Below are positions 25,080 through 37,982 of a DNA stretch of 64,000 bases, piece by piece. Below the pieces are notes generated by a model. The model was not told the origin of the DNA, searched no databases, and saw only the letters and a list, made by a program, of their open reading frames with translations. Position numbers and translations under genes: made by a program. The stretch is from Vicinamibacterales bacterium (GTDB taxonomy: Bacteria; Acidobacteriota; Vicinamibacteria; Vicinamibacterales; UBA2999): positions 9,402-73,401 of the forward strand of contig DATCJA010000021.1 in assembly GCA_036507475.1 (NCBI GenBank), read 5' to 3'. How positions within the stretch are numbered: the stretch's first letter is position 1; every line of letters begins with the position of its first letter.

Positions 25080-26771
25080 TTATCCCCGGCCCTGTGATTT
25101 GTCCTGCGGCACCGGCTCACGCATCGGGAGCCTGATGCCATGTGATTTCGCCGTCGCGAGCGCCTCGGGATATCCCGCGTCCGCGTGCCGCGCCACGCCG
25201 ATGCCCGGGTCACACGTCAACACACGCTCGAGCTTCTCGTCGGCCTCTCGGGTGCCGTCGGCTACCACGACCATGCCTGCGTGCAGCGAGTAGCCGATAC
25301 CGACGCCGCCGCCGTGGTGCACCGACACCCATGTGGCGCCAGCCGACGCATTCAGCAGCGCGTTCAGCACCGGCCAGTCGGCGATCGCGTCGCTGCCGTC
25401 GAGCATCCCCTCTGTCTCGCGGTACGGCGACGCCACCGAACCGCTGTCGAGGTGATCTCGGCCAATCACGATCGGCGCCTTGATATGTCCCGTGCGCACC
25501 AGCTCGTTGATGCGACGCCCGAATCTCGCGCGATCCCCGTAGCCGAGCCAACATATTCGCGCCGGCAGCCCCTGAAATTTCACACGCTCGCGTGCCATCC
25601 GAATCCAGCGGCACAGCGCGTCGTCGTCAGGAAACATGTCGAGCGCAGCGCGATCGGTCGCGAGAATGTCGTCGGGATCTCCTGAGAGTGCTACCCAGCG
25701 AAACGGACCTTTGCCCTCACAGAAGAGAGGACGCACATATTCCGGCACAAAGCCCGGAATGTCAAACGCGTTTTCGACGCCCGCGCGTTTTGCTTGCGCT
25801 CGAATGTTGTTGCCGTAGTCGAACGTGACAGCGCCGCGGGCGCGCAGCACCAGCATGGCTTCCACGTGACGTGCCATCGAGGCCATCGAGTATTCGATAT
25901 ACCGTTCAGGCTGACGCTCGCGCAGTAGCGTGGCCTCCGCAAGTGGCATGCCATGAGGCACGTACCCGTTGAGCGCATCGTGAGCCGACGTCTGATCCGT
26001 CAGGATGTCCGGCACCACGCCACTGCGGAGAATTTCCGGCAGCACGTCGGCCGCGTTTCCCGCGACGCCAACCGAGCGGGCGGTTCGAGTGCGTCGCCAG
26101 GTGTCAATTTTGTCGAGCGCCTCGTCCAGATCGGTTGTGGCTTCGTCGAGATACCCGGTTGCGAGCCGGCGCGCGATCCGATCCGGGTCGACCTCGATGA
26201 TGAGCGCCGCGCCGCCGTTCATGGTGGCTGCCAATGGCTGGGCGCCACCCATCCCGCCCAGACCGGCGGTGACGACGACCCGCCCCTCGAGCGACCCCCC
26301 GAAATGACGCCGGGCGGCGGCGGCAAACGTCTCGTAGGTGCCCTGCAGAATTCCTTGTGTCCCGATATATATCCAGCTTCCGGCGGTCATCTGCCCATAC
26401 ATGGTGAGCCCGCGATGCTCGAGATCGCGAAAGTTTTCCCATGTGGCCCATGCCGGCACGATCAACGCGTTGGCGATGAGCACGCGTGGCGCGCCAGGGT
26501 GCGTGCGAAACACGCCAACCGGCTTGCCGGATTGGATGAGCAACGTCTCGTCGTGATCGAGCCGGCGCAGCGTCGCGACGATCGTGTCGTATGCCTGCCA
26601 GTTGCGGGCTGCCTTGCCGGAGCCGCCATACACGACCAGATCGTCGGGACGTTCCGCGACGTCCGGGTCGAGATTGTTCATCAGCATGCGCAGCGCAGCT
26701 TCCTGAGGCCAGGCCTTGCACGACAGTGCAGAGCCACGTGGCGCCCGAATCATGCGCGTAGCAATTGTCAT
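25080..26771 (-). CDS. hutU: Urocanate hydratase
   Basis: [41 protein letters not shown]...[12 protein letters not shown]...[17 protein letters not shown] is the HutU signature. 563 aa. Confidence 0.95.
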   Translation of the reverse strand: MTIATRMIRAPRGSALSCKAWPQEAALRMLMNNLDPDVAERPDDLVVYGGSGKAARNWQAYDTIVATLRRLDHDETLLIQSGKPVGVFRTHPGAPRVLIANALIVPAWATWENFRDLEHRGLTMYGQMTAGSWIYIGTQGILQGTYETFAAAARRHFGGSLEGRVVVTAGLGGMGGAQPLAATMNGGAALIIEVDPDRIARRLATGYLDEATTDLDEALDKIDTWRRTRTARSVGVAGNAADVLPEILRSGVVPDILTDQTSAHDALNGYVPHGMPLAEATLLRERQPERYIEYSMASMARHVEAMLVLRARGAVTFDYGNNIRAQAKRAGVENAFDIPGFVPEYVRPLFCEGKGPFRWVALSGDPDDILATDRAALDMFPDDDALCRWIRMARERVKFQGLPARICWLGYGDRARFGRRINELVRTGHIKAPIVIGRDHLDSGSVASPYRETEGMLDGSDAIADWPVLNALLNASAGATWVSVHHGGGVGIGYSLHAGMVVVADGTREADEKLERVLTCDPGIGVARHADAGYPEALATAKSHGIRLPMREPVPQDKSQGRG

Positions 26772-26863
26772 CTCCGGCTGAAGAGGAGCTGGGGGTCCGA
26801 GAGCGAAAGATCAGAAATTAAGAATCGCGCGTCTGCTTGTCAAATGAATTTCACAAAAAAGTT

Positions 26864-30397
<3,534 letters not shown>

Positions 30398-30422
30398 GGA
30401 TCGAGTCTAAACCGAAATACAA

Positions 30423-30512
30423 AATTCAAAATGCAAAATGCAAACACGATCTGGCGCACCGCTTCCGAATCCTGCATCTAGTTTTTGCATTTTGCATTCT
30501 GCATTTTGAATT
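30423..30512. promoter_or_regulatory. AT-rich inverted repeat of CAAAATG units in the divergent PilZ / ABC intergenic region
   Basis: AATTCAAAATGCAAAATGCAAAC (30423-30445) pairs with GTTTTTGCATTTTGCATTCTGCATTTTGAATT (30481-30512), about 22 bp with 2 mismatches. The right arm ends 15 nt before GTG 30528. Confidence 0.4.
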
Positions 30513-30527
30513 ACACAATCTCCTCTC

Positions 30528-31280
30528 GTGAGCACTTCTCCCGCCGTCCGCTGTGAGCAGTTGAAGAAACGTTACGGCGATGTGGTCGCCGTCGACGGCC
30601 TTTCGCTGACGGTCGAGCGTGGCGAGTGCTTTGGGCTGATCGGCCCGAACGGCGCGGGCAAGACGACGACGATCGAGATTCTCGAGGGGCTGCTCGAGCC
30701 CGACCAGGGAGACGTCGAGGTGCTCGGGCTGAAGTGGCGGACCGACGACGCGGAGCTGCGACAGCGCCTCGGGATTCAGCTTCAAGAAACACGTCTGGCG
30801 GAAAAGCTCACCGTCGAAGAGACGCTGCGGCTCTTTCGATCCTTTTATCACCGCGGGCCGTCGGTCGCCGATCTGCTGAGGCTCGTGGAGCTCGAAGGAA
30901 AGCGGGCGAGCTGGGTGGGGAAGCTGTCGGGCGGACAACGGCAGCGCCTGGCCGCCGCGTGCGCGCTGGCGGGCGCGCCAGACCTGCTGTTCCTGGACGA
31001 GCCGACCACCGGCCTCGACCCGCAGTCGCGTCGCCAGTTGTGGAGCATCCTCGAGCGGTTTCGCGCCGACGGTGGAACGACTGTCCTGACGACGCACTAC
31101 ATGGATGAGGCCGAAGCGCTGTGCGATCGTGTCGCCGTGGTCGATCGGGGCCGCATCATCGCCCTTGGCACGCCGGGCGAGCTGATCGAGTCTCTGGGGG
31201 CGCCAAAGATCGTGACACACCGCGGTACTCTCGAGGACGTCTTCATGGCGTTGACGGGCAGGCATCTCCGTGACGACTAG
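30528..31280 (+). CDS. ABC transporter ATP-binding protein (ABC-2/DrrA-like exporter type)
   Basis: Walker A GPNGAGKTT, signature LSGGQRQRL, Walker B LLFLDEPTTGLD, H-loop TTHY. Confidence 0.9.
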   Translation: MSTSPAVRCEQLKKRYGDVVAVDGLSLTVERGECFGLIGPNGAGKTTTIEILEGLLEPDQGDVEVLGLKWRTDDAELRQRLGIQLQETRLAEKLTVEETLRLFRSFYHRGPSVADLLRLVELEGKRASWVGKLSGGQRQRLAAACALAGAPDLLFLDEPTTGLDPQSRRQLWSILERFRADGGTTVLTTHYMDEAEALCDRVAVVDRGRIIALGTPGELIESLGAPKIVTHRGTLEDVFMALTGRHLRDD

Positions 31281-31420
31281 CGAGGCTCCGCCTGAGAATG
31301 TCCAGACTCCGCCTCGCTAGTGGCAGTATCTACTTGCCCCGCTCCGCGGGGCGAGACATCGTGAAAGGCCAGAATCCTCACCAAATGAGTCAAGTCTTGC
31401 GGCTGGCCTTTCACGATGTC
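31277..31420 (+). promoter_or_regulatory. Three consecutive stem-loops between the ABC ATPase and permease genes. The third covers the permease start codon.
   Basis: CTAGCGAGGC/GCCTCGCTAG (31277-31286 / 31311-31320). CCCCGC/GCGGGG (31337-31342 / 31346-31351). A perfect 18-bp GACATCGTGAAAGGCCAG/CTGGCCTTTCACGATGTC (31355-31372 / 31403-31420), with the ATG at 31416-31418. Confidence 0.5.
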
Positions 31421-32492
31421 TAACGGCAGGAGCGAACGGGGCCGACGTCATTACGACCGGGGCGGTGCCAGCCACCCGCTCGTCGAGCTGACGAGCGCGC
31501 GCTTGCGCGAGTTCGTCCGCGAGCCCGAAGCGATTTTCTGGGCCGTCGTGTTTCCAATCGTGATGTCGCTGGCGCTGGCCGTCGCATTTCCGGCGCGCGG
31601 GGCGCAGCCCGTCCGCGTCGGCATGGCGCCGGGACCGCAGGCGGAGGGTGTGCGCCGGGCGTTGACTGCCACGCCGGGTATCACCGTTCGCGACGTCGGG
31701 TCGGATCAGGAGCGCGCCATTCGCGAGGGCGAAGTGCATCTCGTCGTGGTGCCGACTGCGCCGCCCACGTACCGGTTCGATTCGGCGCGCGATGAGAGCC
31801 GTGTGGCGCGCGCTGTCGTGGATGACGCGCTGAAAAAAGCAGCCGGCCGTGCTGATCCGTGGACCGCCCGTGAGGAGGCACTGGAGGTGCCGGGATCCCG
31901 GTACATCGACTGGCTGATACCAGGCATCCTGGGCATGAACATCATGAGCACGGGCATGTGGGGAATCGGCTTTTCGATCGCGCAGGCCAGATTGCGAAAG
32001 CTGCTGAAGCGGCTCGTGGCCAGTCCCATGCGCAAGCGCGAATTTCTGCTGGCACAGGTGATTGCGCGGCTGGTGTTCCTTGCGCCTGAAGTTGCGGTGA
32101 CGCTCGCGTTTGGCGTGTTTGCGTTCGGCATGCCGATCAACGGCTCGTACGGCGCGGTCTGCGCCGTCTGTATCCTCGGCGCGCTGTCGTTTGCCGGGCT
32201 GGGACTGCTCACGGCGAGCCGCGCTGCAAGCATCGAAGCGATCTCCGGCATCCTCAACTTGTCGATGCTGCCGATGTGGGTACTGAGCGGCGTGTTCTTT
32301 TCGACGGCCAACTTTCCCGACGTCCTGCAACCAGCGATACAGGTGCTGCCGCTGACCGCGCTGAACGACGCGCTTCGGGCGGTGGTGCTTGAAGGAGCAA
32401 CATTGAGCGCGGTGGCCGGTGACATCGCACTGCTCGCTTCGTGGGGTGTTGTGCCGTTTCTACTAGCGTTGCGGCTGTTCAGATGGCAGTAG
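31416..32492 (+). CDS. ABC-2 type transporter permease
   Basis: A large N-terminal extracytoplasmic region followed by about six TM helices (WLIPGILGMNIMSTGMW..., VFFSTANFP...). It is co-oriented with the ATPase. Confidence 0.85.
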   Translation: MSNGRSERGRRHYDRGGASHPLVELTSARLREFVREPEAIFWAVVFPIVMSLALAVAFPARGAQPVRVGMAPGPQAEGVRRALTATPGITVRDVGSDQERAIREGEVHLVVVPTAPPTYRFDSARDESRVARAVVDDALKKAAGRADPWTAREEALEVPGSRYIDWLIPGILGMNIMSTGMWGIGFSIAQARLRKLLKRLVASPMRKREFLLAQVIARLVFLAPEVAVTLAFGVFAFGMPINGSYGAVCAVCILGALSFAGLGLLTASRAASIEAISGILNLSMLPMWVLSGVFFSTANFPDVLQPAIQVLPLTALNDALRAVVLEGATLSAVAGDIALLASWGVVPFLLALRLFRWQ

Positions 32493-32533
32493 GCAGTAGG
32501 CAGTGGGCAGTGGGCAGTGGGCAGTAGGCAGTA
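32485..32533. repeat. Heptamer tandem repeat GGCAGTR x7
   Basis: GGCAGTA GGCAGTA GGCAGTG GGCAGTG GGCAGTG GGCAGTA GGCAGTA. The permease stop codon TAG (32490-32492) lies in the first unit. Confidence 0.9.
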
Positions 32534-32592
32534 GGAAGGCACCCAAATCTCATCAGTTGGTTGGCCCTTCGCTTGCACCCGAACAGCACGCG

Positions 32593-33201
32593 ATGTCAGT
32601 ACTGGGTGTTCATCGTGTCATCGAGCGTCAGGTGCCGGTGCGGGGCGAGCAGATTGCCATTGCCGCCGCCGGCGACGGCCTGACGTACCGTGATCTCAAC
32701 CAGCGCGCGAACGTTGTTGCGCGCCACTTGATGGCGTGCGGCCTTCGCCGCGCGTCGCGCGTGATCGTCAAGACGGAGCGGTCGCCGCAGCTCGCTGTCT
32801 TGCTGCTGGCGGTGCTGAAGGCGGGCGCCGCATATATGTGGATTGACGGCGACGACGGTGGTCGATGGCCGGAAGGCATTTCGATTTCGAGCCGGCCGAA
32901 CGGAGCTGACGAAACGCTCATCGTGATCGATACCGCCTCGCTTCTCGAGATGTCCTCACGGCCCGCGCCGAACCTGCCCATCGTCACCCGGTCTGACGAC
33001 CTTGCCTGCGTGCTGCCGCAGCGGAACGGCCTTCCGGGCATCCTGGTGCCACACGCGACGATCACGGCGCTGCGGTCGCATCCCTTGCCGGACCGGGCGC
33101 AGTGGGCGGGTGACGCGGCCGCACTCGACTTGTGGCTTCCATTGATGGCAGGGGGCATCGTCACCGTCGCGGCATCGCCGCCGCAATCGGCCGCGGCGTA
33201 A
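32593..33201 (+). pseudogene. Truncated, degenerate adenylation (AMP-binding) domain: N-terminal ~200 aa only
   Basis: LTYRDLNQRANVVARHLMACGL...RSPQLAVLLLAVLKAGAAYMWID matches A-domain motifs A1-A2. The A3 position reads LACVLPQRNGLPGILVPH instead of the TSG(S/T)TGxPKG type. The ORF ends near the A4 region. Confidence 0.4.
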
Positions 33202-33357
33202 AGTCACGGTTTGCCGCGGAACTCGACCTCATCCTCGGTGCTGGCGGGTCTTGGATCCGGATTGGTCCCTCCCGGCAGCGCTTGCTGTGTTACGCCCGTC
33301 GTGGGCGCGACCGGCTCTTCGACACCTGATCCCGGTCACCCCAATACCACGAGCCCT

Positions 33358-33381
33358 CGTAGTGTCCGGCTTCAGCCGGAC
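33358..33381. repeat. REP-like palindromic element, copy 2 (CGTAGTGTCCGGCTTCAGCCGGAC)
   Basis: It has the same stem as copy 1 and a TTCA loop. It lies immediately 3' of the ligD stop codon and is a possible terminator hairpin. Confidence 0.8.
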
Positions 33382-35288
33382 TACTGCCTTCGGAAAGCGC
33401 TCAGGCGCTCGCGCGTGAGGCGCTGACGGCACGACCAGTAGCCCTTCCACGGATCTTCAGCGAGGCGTTCGAGCCGCGCCGGCACGGTCATCATCGTGAA
33501 AAGGCCCGGCTCGCGCGATGCACGCAGCTCTTCCCATCTCAGCGGCACGCTCACAGGGGCGCCGCTGCGTGCACGTGTCGAATATGCCGCGATGGACGTA
33601 TTCGTGCGGTTGTTTCGCAGGTAGTCGATGAGGATCTTCTTCGCGCGTCCGGCTTTGGCGAACTCGGTGGTGTAGCGGTCCGGGCTCTTGCGTTCGAGCG
33701 CTTCGCTGAGGCCGCGGGAGAATGCGAGACACTCCGACCAGTCGGCGTGCGGCCGGAGCGGCGCGACCACATGAAGTCCGCGGCCACCCGTCGTTTTCAC
33801 CCACGATTCGAGGTCGAGCGCTTCGAGCGTGGCGCGCACCAACCGCGCCGCGGCGATCACCTGGGGCCATTCGACCTCGTCGCCGGGATCGAGGTCGATG
33901 ACGATGCGATCCGGCCGCTCGACTTCGTCAAAGGTCGAGTTCCACGTGTGAATTTCGAGCACGCCCATCTGCGCCAGACTGACGACGCCGGCGATATCGT
34001 CCGCAATGAGATATTCGCCGACCTTCTTTTTCTCCTGGATGCGGACGCGACGCAGTGCCGCGGGCGCCCACGCCAGCGAATGCTTCATGAAGAAGCATTC
34101 GCCCTTCAGCCCTTCGGGGCAGCGGACGAGCGTCAGGGGACGGCCGGCGACGTGAGGCACGACCCAGTCCTGTAACGATTCGTAGTAGCGGGCGACGTCC
34201 AGCTTCGTGAGCCGAGGGGATGGATAAACGACTCGATCGGCATGCGAGATGCCCACGCCGACGACGACGGGGCGCGAGTCGGATTTGTCCGCGCTCGTAT
34301 GGCGCGTGCCTCGCGGGCTCGTCCCGGGCTTCTCTCTGACGACCTCGCGCGGTTTCTTGTCGGCCCTGAGTCCTTGAAACGACGGGTGCCGGATCTTGCC
34401 GTCGGCGGTCCACTCCGTGAACGTGACTTCGGCCACAAGAGCGGGTTTCACCCAATGCGCCCTGCGGACCGGTACGTAGTGTCCGGCTTTAGGCGGACTC
34501 GTCAAACCCGTGGGCGGATCGAATGGACTCGTTCGCTGCTCGATGGCTTCGAGCCGTTGCCGCAGCTCGAGCGCTCCTTGATGACTGAATCCGGTACCGA
34601 CCTTTCCTGCGAAGACGAAGCGGTCACCCTCGTAGTACCCGACGAGCAGCGCACCGATGCCTGCCCTCGTTCCTTCCGGATCCGTGAACCCGCCAATCAC
34701 CAACTCCTGGCGCTGCGTGCACTTGATTTTCAGCCATCCGCCGTGTCGTCCCGTGGTGTAGGGAAGATCGCGTCGCTTCGATACGATCCCTTCCAGCCCG
34801 GCGCGGCACGCCTGCTCGAAAAACGCCTGCCCTTGCCCGCCGACGTGGTCTGCGTAGCGGATGCGCCCTGTCTTCCGATTGCCAACCAGTGCGCGGAGGC
34901 GTGCCTTTCGCTCCTCCAGCGGCAAGCGGTCGAGACGTTCACCGTCGAGGCGCAGCAGATCGAACGCGAAGTACACCAACGTATCGCGCGAGCCCATGCG
35001 GGAAGAGGCGTTCTGCAGCGCTTGAAAGCTCGTGCGGCCGTCGGGCAGCACCACCACGACTTCACCGTCGATGAGCGCATCGCGCGCTGGAAGATCGAGC
35101 GCAGCGCTGGCGATTTGAGGAAACGCCGCGCTCCAGTCGTTGCCGTTGCGGGTGATGAGCGTGGCGCAGCCGCCATGGATCAGACATCCGATCCGGTATC
35201 CGTCGAACTTGATTTCATGAATCCACTGGTCGCCGGCGGGGGGCGCGTTCACCAGGATGGCGAGCTGCGGCTGGTAGGGCGACGGCAC
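33381..35288 (-). CDS. ligD: DNA ligase D, two-domain form (ATP-dependent ligase plus primase-polymerase domain)
   Basis: Ligase motif I EIKFDGYR and the OB-fold region. The C-terminal LigD polymerase domain reads ISHADRVVYP...LTKLDVARYYE...RPLTLVRCPEG...FFMKH...EIHTW...IVIDLDP. No phosphoesterase domain was seen. Confidence 0.85.
   Translation of the reverse strand: MPSPYQPQLAILVNAPPAGDQWIHEIKFDGYRIGCLIHGGCATLITRNGNDWSAAFPQIASAALDLPARDALIDGEVVVVLPDGRTSFQALQNASSRMGSRDTLVYFAFDLLRLDGERLDRLPLEERKARLRALVGNRKTGRIRYADHVGGQGQAFFEQACRAGLEGIVSKRRDLPYTTGRHGGWLKIKCTQRQELVIGGFTDPEGTRAGIGALLVGYYEGDRFVFAGKVGTGFSHQGALELRQRLEAIEQRTSPFDPPTGLTSPPKAGHYVPVRRAHWVKPALVAEVTFTEWTADGKIRHPSFQGLRADKKPREVVREKPGTSPRGTRHTSADKSDSRPVVVGVGISHADRVVYPSPRLTKLDVARYYESLQDWVVPHVAGRPLTLVRCPEGLKGECFFMKHSLAWAPAALRRVRIQEKKKVGEYLIADDIAGVVSLAQMGVLEIHTWNSTFDEVERPDRIVIDLDPGDEVEWPQVIAAARLVRATLEALDLESWVKTTGGRGLHVVAPLRPHADWSECLAFSRGLSEALERKSPDRYTTEFAKAGRAKKILIDYLRNNRTNTSIAAYSTRARSGAPVSVPLRWEELRASREPGLFTMMTVPARLERLAEDPWKGYWSCRQRLTRERLSAFRRQ
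34475..34498. repeat. REP-like palindromic element, copy 3, inside the ligD coding sequence
   Basis: CGTAGTGTCCGGCTTTAGGCGGAC matches copy 1 at 23 of 24 positions. On the coding strand it is translated in frame as part of TSPPKAGHYVP. Confidence 0.8.
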
Positions 35289-35306
35289 GCCCTAATGGTA
35301 AGTTGA

Positions 35307-36950
35307 TTATGCCGGCCGGCGCGTGATGGCGGACGCGAACCCGCGTTGCTTGCCCGAGCGCAGTTTTTGCAGCGCGCGGCTCTCGATCTGGCGGACGCGC
35401 TCACGCGTGACCGAGAGATGGCGGCCGATCTCCTCGAGCGTATGCTCGCGGTCGGTGCCGAGCCCGTATCGGAGGCGCAATACCTCCTTCTCACGCTCGG
35501 ACAGCGGCGCCAGCGCGCGCTCAAGCTCGTTGCTGACGTCGCTCTGGATGACCGATTCTTCGGGCGTCCGCGCCGACGTATCGCGGAGCAGGTCGCCGAG
35601 CTCCGTGCTGTCATCCTCGCCTACCCGCATGTCGAGCGAGTATGGCGTCCGCCTGGCGTCGAGCAGTAGACGCACCTTGCTGGTGGGCATCTTGAGACGC
35701 TCGGCGAGATCGTACGGTGTCGGCTCGCGCCCCTTCTCGGCGCGCAGCGCCTTGCGTTCTTTCTCGAGCCGGTTCAGCGACTCGATCACGTGGACCGGTA
35801 GCCGAATGGTACGGCCTAAATCTGCAACGGCGCGGGTGATCGCCTGGCGAATCCACCATGTCGCGTACGTCGAGAATTTGAACCCGCGGCGGAACTGAAA
35901 GCGATCGACCGCTTTCATCAGTCCGATGTTGCCCTCCTGAATCAGATCGAGAAACGAGAGCCCCCGATTCAGATATCGCTTCGCGATCGACACGACCAGG
36001 CGCAGGTTCGCCTCCATCAGCTCTCGCTTCGCTTCGCGAACCGTGTCCTCGGCGGCCTCCGCCCGTCGGAACCGCGTCTCGAATTCGGCGCGCGGAAGCC
36101 CAGCCCGCGCCTCGAGCTCGGCCAGCTTGGCGTTCAGTTCAAGCCGTGGCCGCGCGTCGAGATCGTGAAACGCCTTGCCGATTTCCCGCAGCTCGGTGAC
36201 CACGTCGTCGATGAGCGAGGGGCGAATGGGCTGCGCCGCCAGCTCGCTGGCGAGCGCCTTCTGGCCGCGATCGATCTGGGCTTCGAGCTGCCGCCTGGTT
36301 CTAACACCGTACCGCGGGTTCGTCAGCTTCCCGCGCAGCGCCTCCAGCGCGGTGCGACGCCGCTTGATTCGCGCAAATGCCTTCAGCACCGGGGCGATAT
36401 GTTCCTGGCGAAGCTCACCGCCTTCGGGCAGAAGGATGAGCTCCGCGGCTGGATCGCCCTCCGCCCGAATCCGGTCCGCAAGGGCGACGAGCGTCTGCAC
36501 CGCTGCTGGAATGTCGCCGAGCGCGGCGACGAGATCGCGCTGCGCCGTCTCGATTCGCTGCCCGATGGCAACTTCCTCGTGCGCTTTCAGCAGGCGGCGC
36601 TTGCCGATGTGCTGCAGATAGACGCGCACCAGGTCGACGTCTTCGCGCGAGAATCTCCCCCCTGGCTGCTCGATCTCCTCCTCTTCACCCTCTTCCTCGA
36701 CCGGGAGAGGTTGGTCCGTAAACGCCTCTGGCTCATCCTCGCGCAGCATGCGCTCGGGGGAGACGATGAACGGCCGATCTTCCTCTGTGTCCTCGCGTTC
36801 GTCGACGTCGAGTCCGAAACCGTGGGCACGTTGTCGCCAGTCGAGGACGTGCGCCGGGCGAGACGGATCGTCCCACTCAATCAGCGATTTGCGCCGACCT
36901 TTCGTGCGGAATGCAAGAGTATTTGCCTTGGATGAAGCCTTGTCCGTCAT
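35307..36950 (-). CDS. rpoD: Primary RNA polymerase sigma factor (sigma-70)
   Basis: Region 1.2 [14 protein letters not shown]; region 2 [12 protein letters not shown]...[22 protein letters not shown]...[14 protein letters not shown]; region 4 [11 protein letters not shown]...[20 protein letters not shown]. Confidence 0.9.
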   Translation of the reverse strand: MTDKASSKANTLAFRTKGRRKSLIEWDDPSRPAHVLDWRQRAHGFGLDVDEREDTEEDRPFIVSPERMLREDEPEAFTDQPLPVEEEGEEEEIEQPGGRFSREDVDLVRVYLQHIGKRRLLKAHEEVAIGQRIETAQRDLVAALGDIPAAVQTLVALADRIRAEGDPAAELILLPEGGELRQEHIAPVLKAFARIKRRRTALEALRGKLTNPRYGVRTRRQLEAQIDRGQKALASELAAQPIRPSLIDDVVTELREIGKAFHDLDARPRLELNAKLAELEARAGLPRAEFETRFRRAEAAEDTVREAKRELMEANLRLVVSIAKRYLNRGLSFLDLIQEGNIGLMKAVDRFQFRRGFKFSTYATWWIRQAITRAVADLGRTIRLPVHVIESLNRLEKERKALRAEKGREPTPYDLAERLKMPTSKVRLLLDARRTPYSLDMRVGEDDSTELGDLLRDTSARTPEESVIQSDVSNELERALAPLSEREKEVLRLRYGLGTDREHTLEEIGRHLSVTRERVRQIESRALQKLRSGKQRGFASAITRRPA

Positions 36951-37058
36951 GGTGTCCGCTGCTGGATTTGCAAGGGTGCTGCCTGTACTAATTAGACGCG
37001 GCGTTACGTGGAAAAGTTCGCCAAACGGCCGTGGTACACTCGGCTACCGACTAGCTAT

Positions 37059-37130
37059 GACCGGGTAGCTCAGTGGTAGAGCAGCGCACTTTTAATGCGC
37101 GGGCCGCGGGTTCGATCCCCGCCCCGGTCA
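37059..37130 (+). tRNA. tRNA-Lys (UUU)
   Basis: Acceptor GACCGGG/CCCGGTC, anticodon stem GCGCA/TGCGC with loop CTTTTAA, T-arm GCGGGTTCGATCCCCGC. CCA is not encoded. Confidence 0.9.
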
Positions 37131-37173
37131 CATCCCTCGACATTTCCGCAGCTCAACCGGAGAGGAACTCTGT

Positions 37174-37800
37174 ATGCGCCGATCCATCGTCATTTTGACC
37201 CTGGCAATCCTTTGGGCTACATCCCTTGCGGCTCAGGCGCCGGCGGGCTGGCAGGTCCGCATCGACCGGAGCACCAGCGCCGCCGATCCGGACGATGTGC
37301 CGGAGATAAAGGTGGGCACCGTCGGCAAGGGCTTCCGGGTGACCGGCGGGCCGGCCGGCACGTTCTGGAACCCGGCCAATCGCGCGAAGGGCAGTTTCGC
37401 GGCTCGTGGCTCGTTCGTCCTGATGAAGCCGAGCGGCCACACCAATTATTACGGCCTGGTGTTTGGCGGAGAGGAGCTGGGAGGCGCAAACCAGCGATAC
37501 ATCTATTTCCTCGTCGCGCAGGATGGCACCTTTATAATCCGGCAACGTACAGGTGAGAAGGTCACGGACGTCCATCGGGGCACGCACGCCGCCGTGCGGC
37601 AGCCGGGCGCCGGTGGGACCTCGACAAATGCGCTGGAATTACGCGTGGCCGGCGACCAGATTTCGTACGTCGTGAACGGCATGGTCGTGCACACGACGCC
37701 AAGGAGCGGGCCGACGGCCCGGACCGACGGCATCGTCGGCGTGCGCATCAACCACCTGCTCGACGTGCAGGTGGACGGCTTTCAGGTGCAGCAGCAGTGA
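37174..37800 (+). CDS. Secreted hypothetical protein, possibly a LamG/DUF1080-like jelly roll
   Basis: Signal MRRSIVILTLAILWATSLAAQA. A beta-rich sequence ends in GIVGVRINHLLDVQVDGFQV. The fold assignment is tentative. Confidence 0.45.
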   Translation: MRRSIVILTLAILWATSLAAQAPAGWQVRIDRSTSAADPDDVPEIKVGTVGKGFRVTGGPAGTFWNPANRAKGSFAARGSFVLMKPSGHTNYYGLVFGGEELGGANQRYIYFLVAQDGTFIIRQRTGEKVTDVHRGTHAAVRQPGAGGTSTNALELRVAGDQISYVVNGMVVHTTPRSGPTARTDGIVGVRINHLLDVQVDGFQVQQQ

Positions 37801-37827
37801 CTGAACCGGAGTTCCGCTCATCGAGGG

Positions 37828-37952
37828 ATCGATGAACGATGATCTGATCATCGATCGCGTCATCGATGAACGGATGGACAAGTGAATGAATCGATGATCG
37901 ATTGAAACAATGGACACATCGATTGTTAGATCATCGATCATCGACCATCGAT
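37828..37952. repeat. Cluster of eight exact ATCGAT palindromes, with interleaved GATC sites, in an AT-rich intergenic region
   Basis: ATCGAT starts at 37828, 37850, 37862, 37890, 37897, 37918, 37933 and 37947, plus ATCGAC at 37939. The cluster lies 30 nt upstream of the metallo-beta-lactamase start. Confidence 0.9.
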
Positions 37953-37982
37953 GATGTGTTCTGTCACAGAGGGGGTGATGTG

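Noticed and set aside
32485-32533. Possible CRISPR arrays, considering all the tandem or inverted repeat tracts (23802-23889, 30423-30512, 32485-32533, 51981-52008)
   Set aside because: The units are 7-8 nt and directly abutting, with no unique spacers of 25-40 nt, no 24-40-nt repeats and no cas genes. They are simple-sequence arrays or hairpins.
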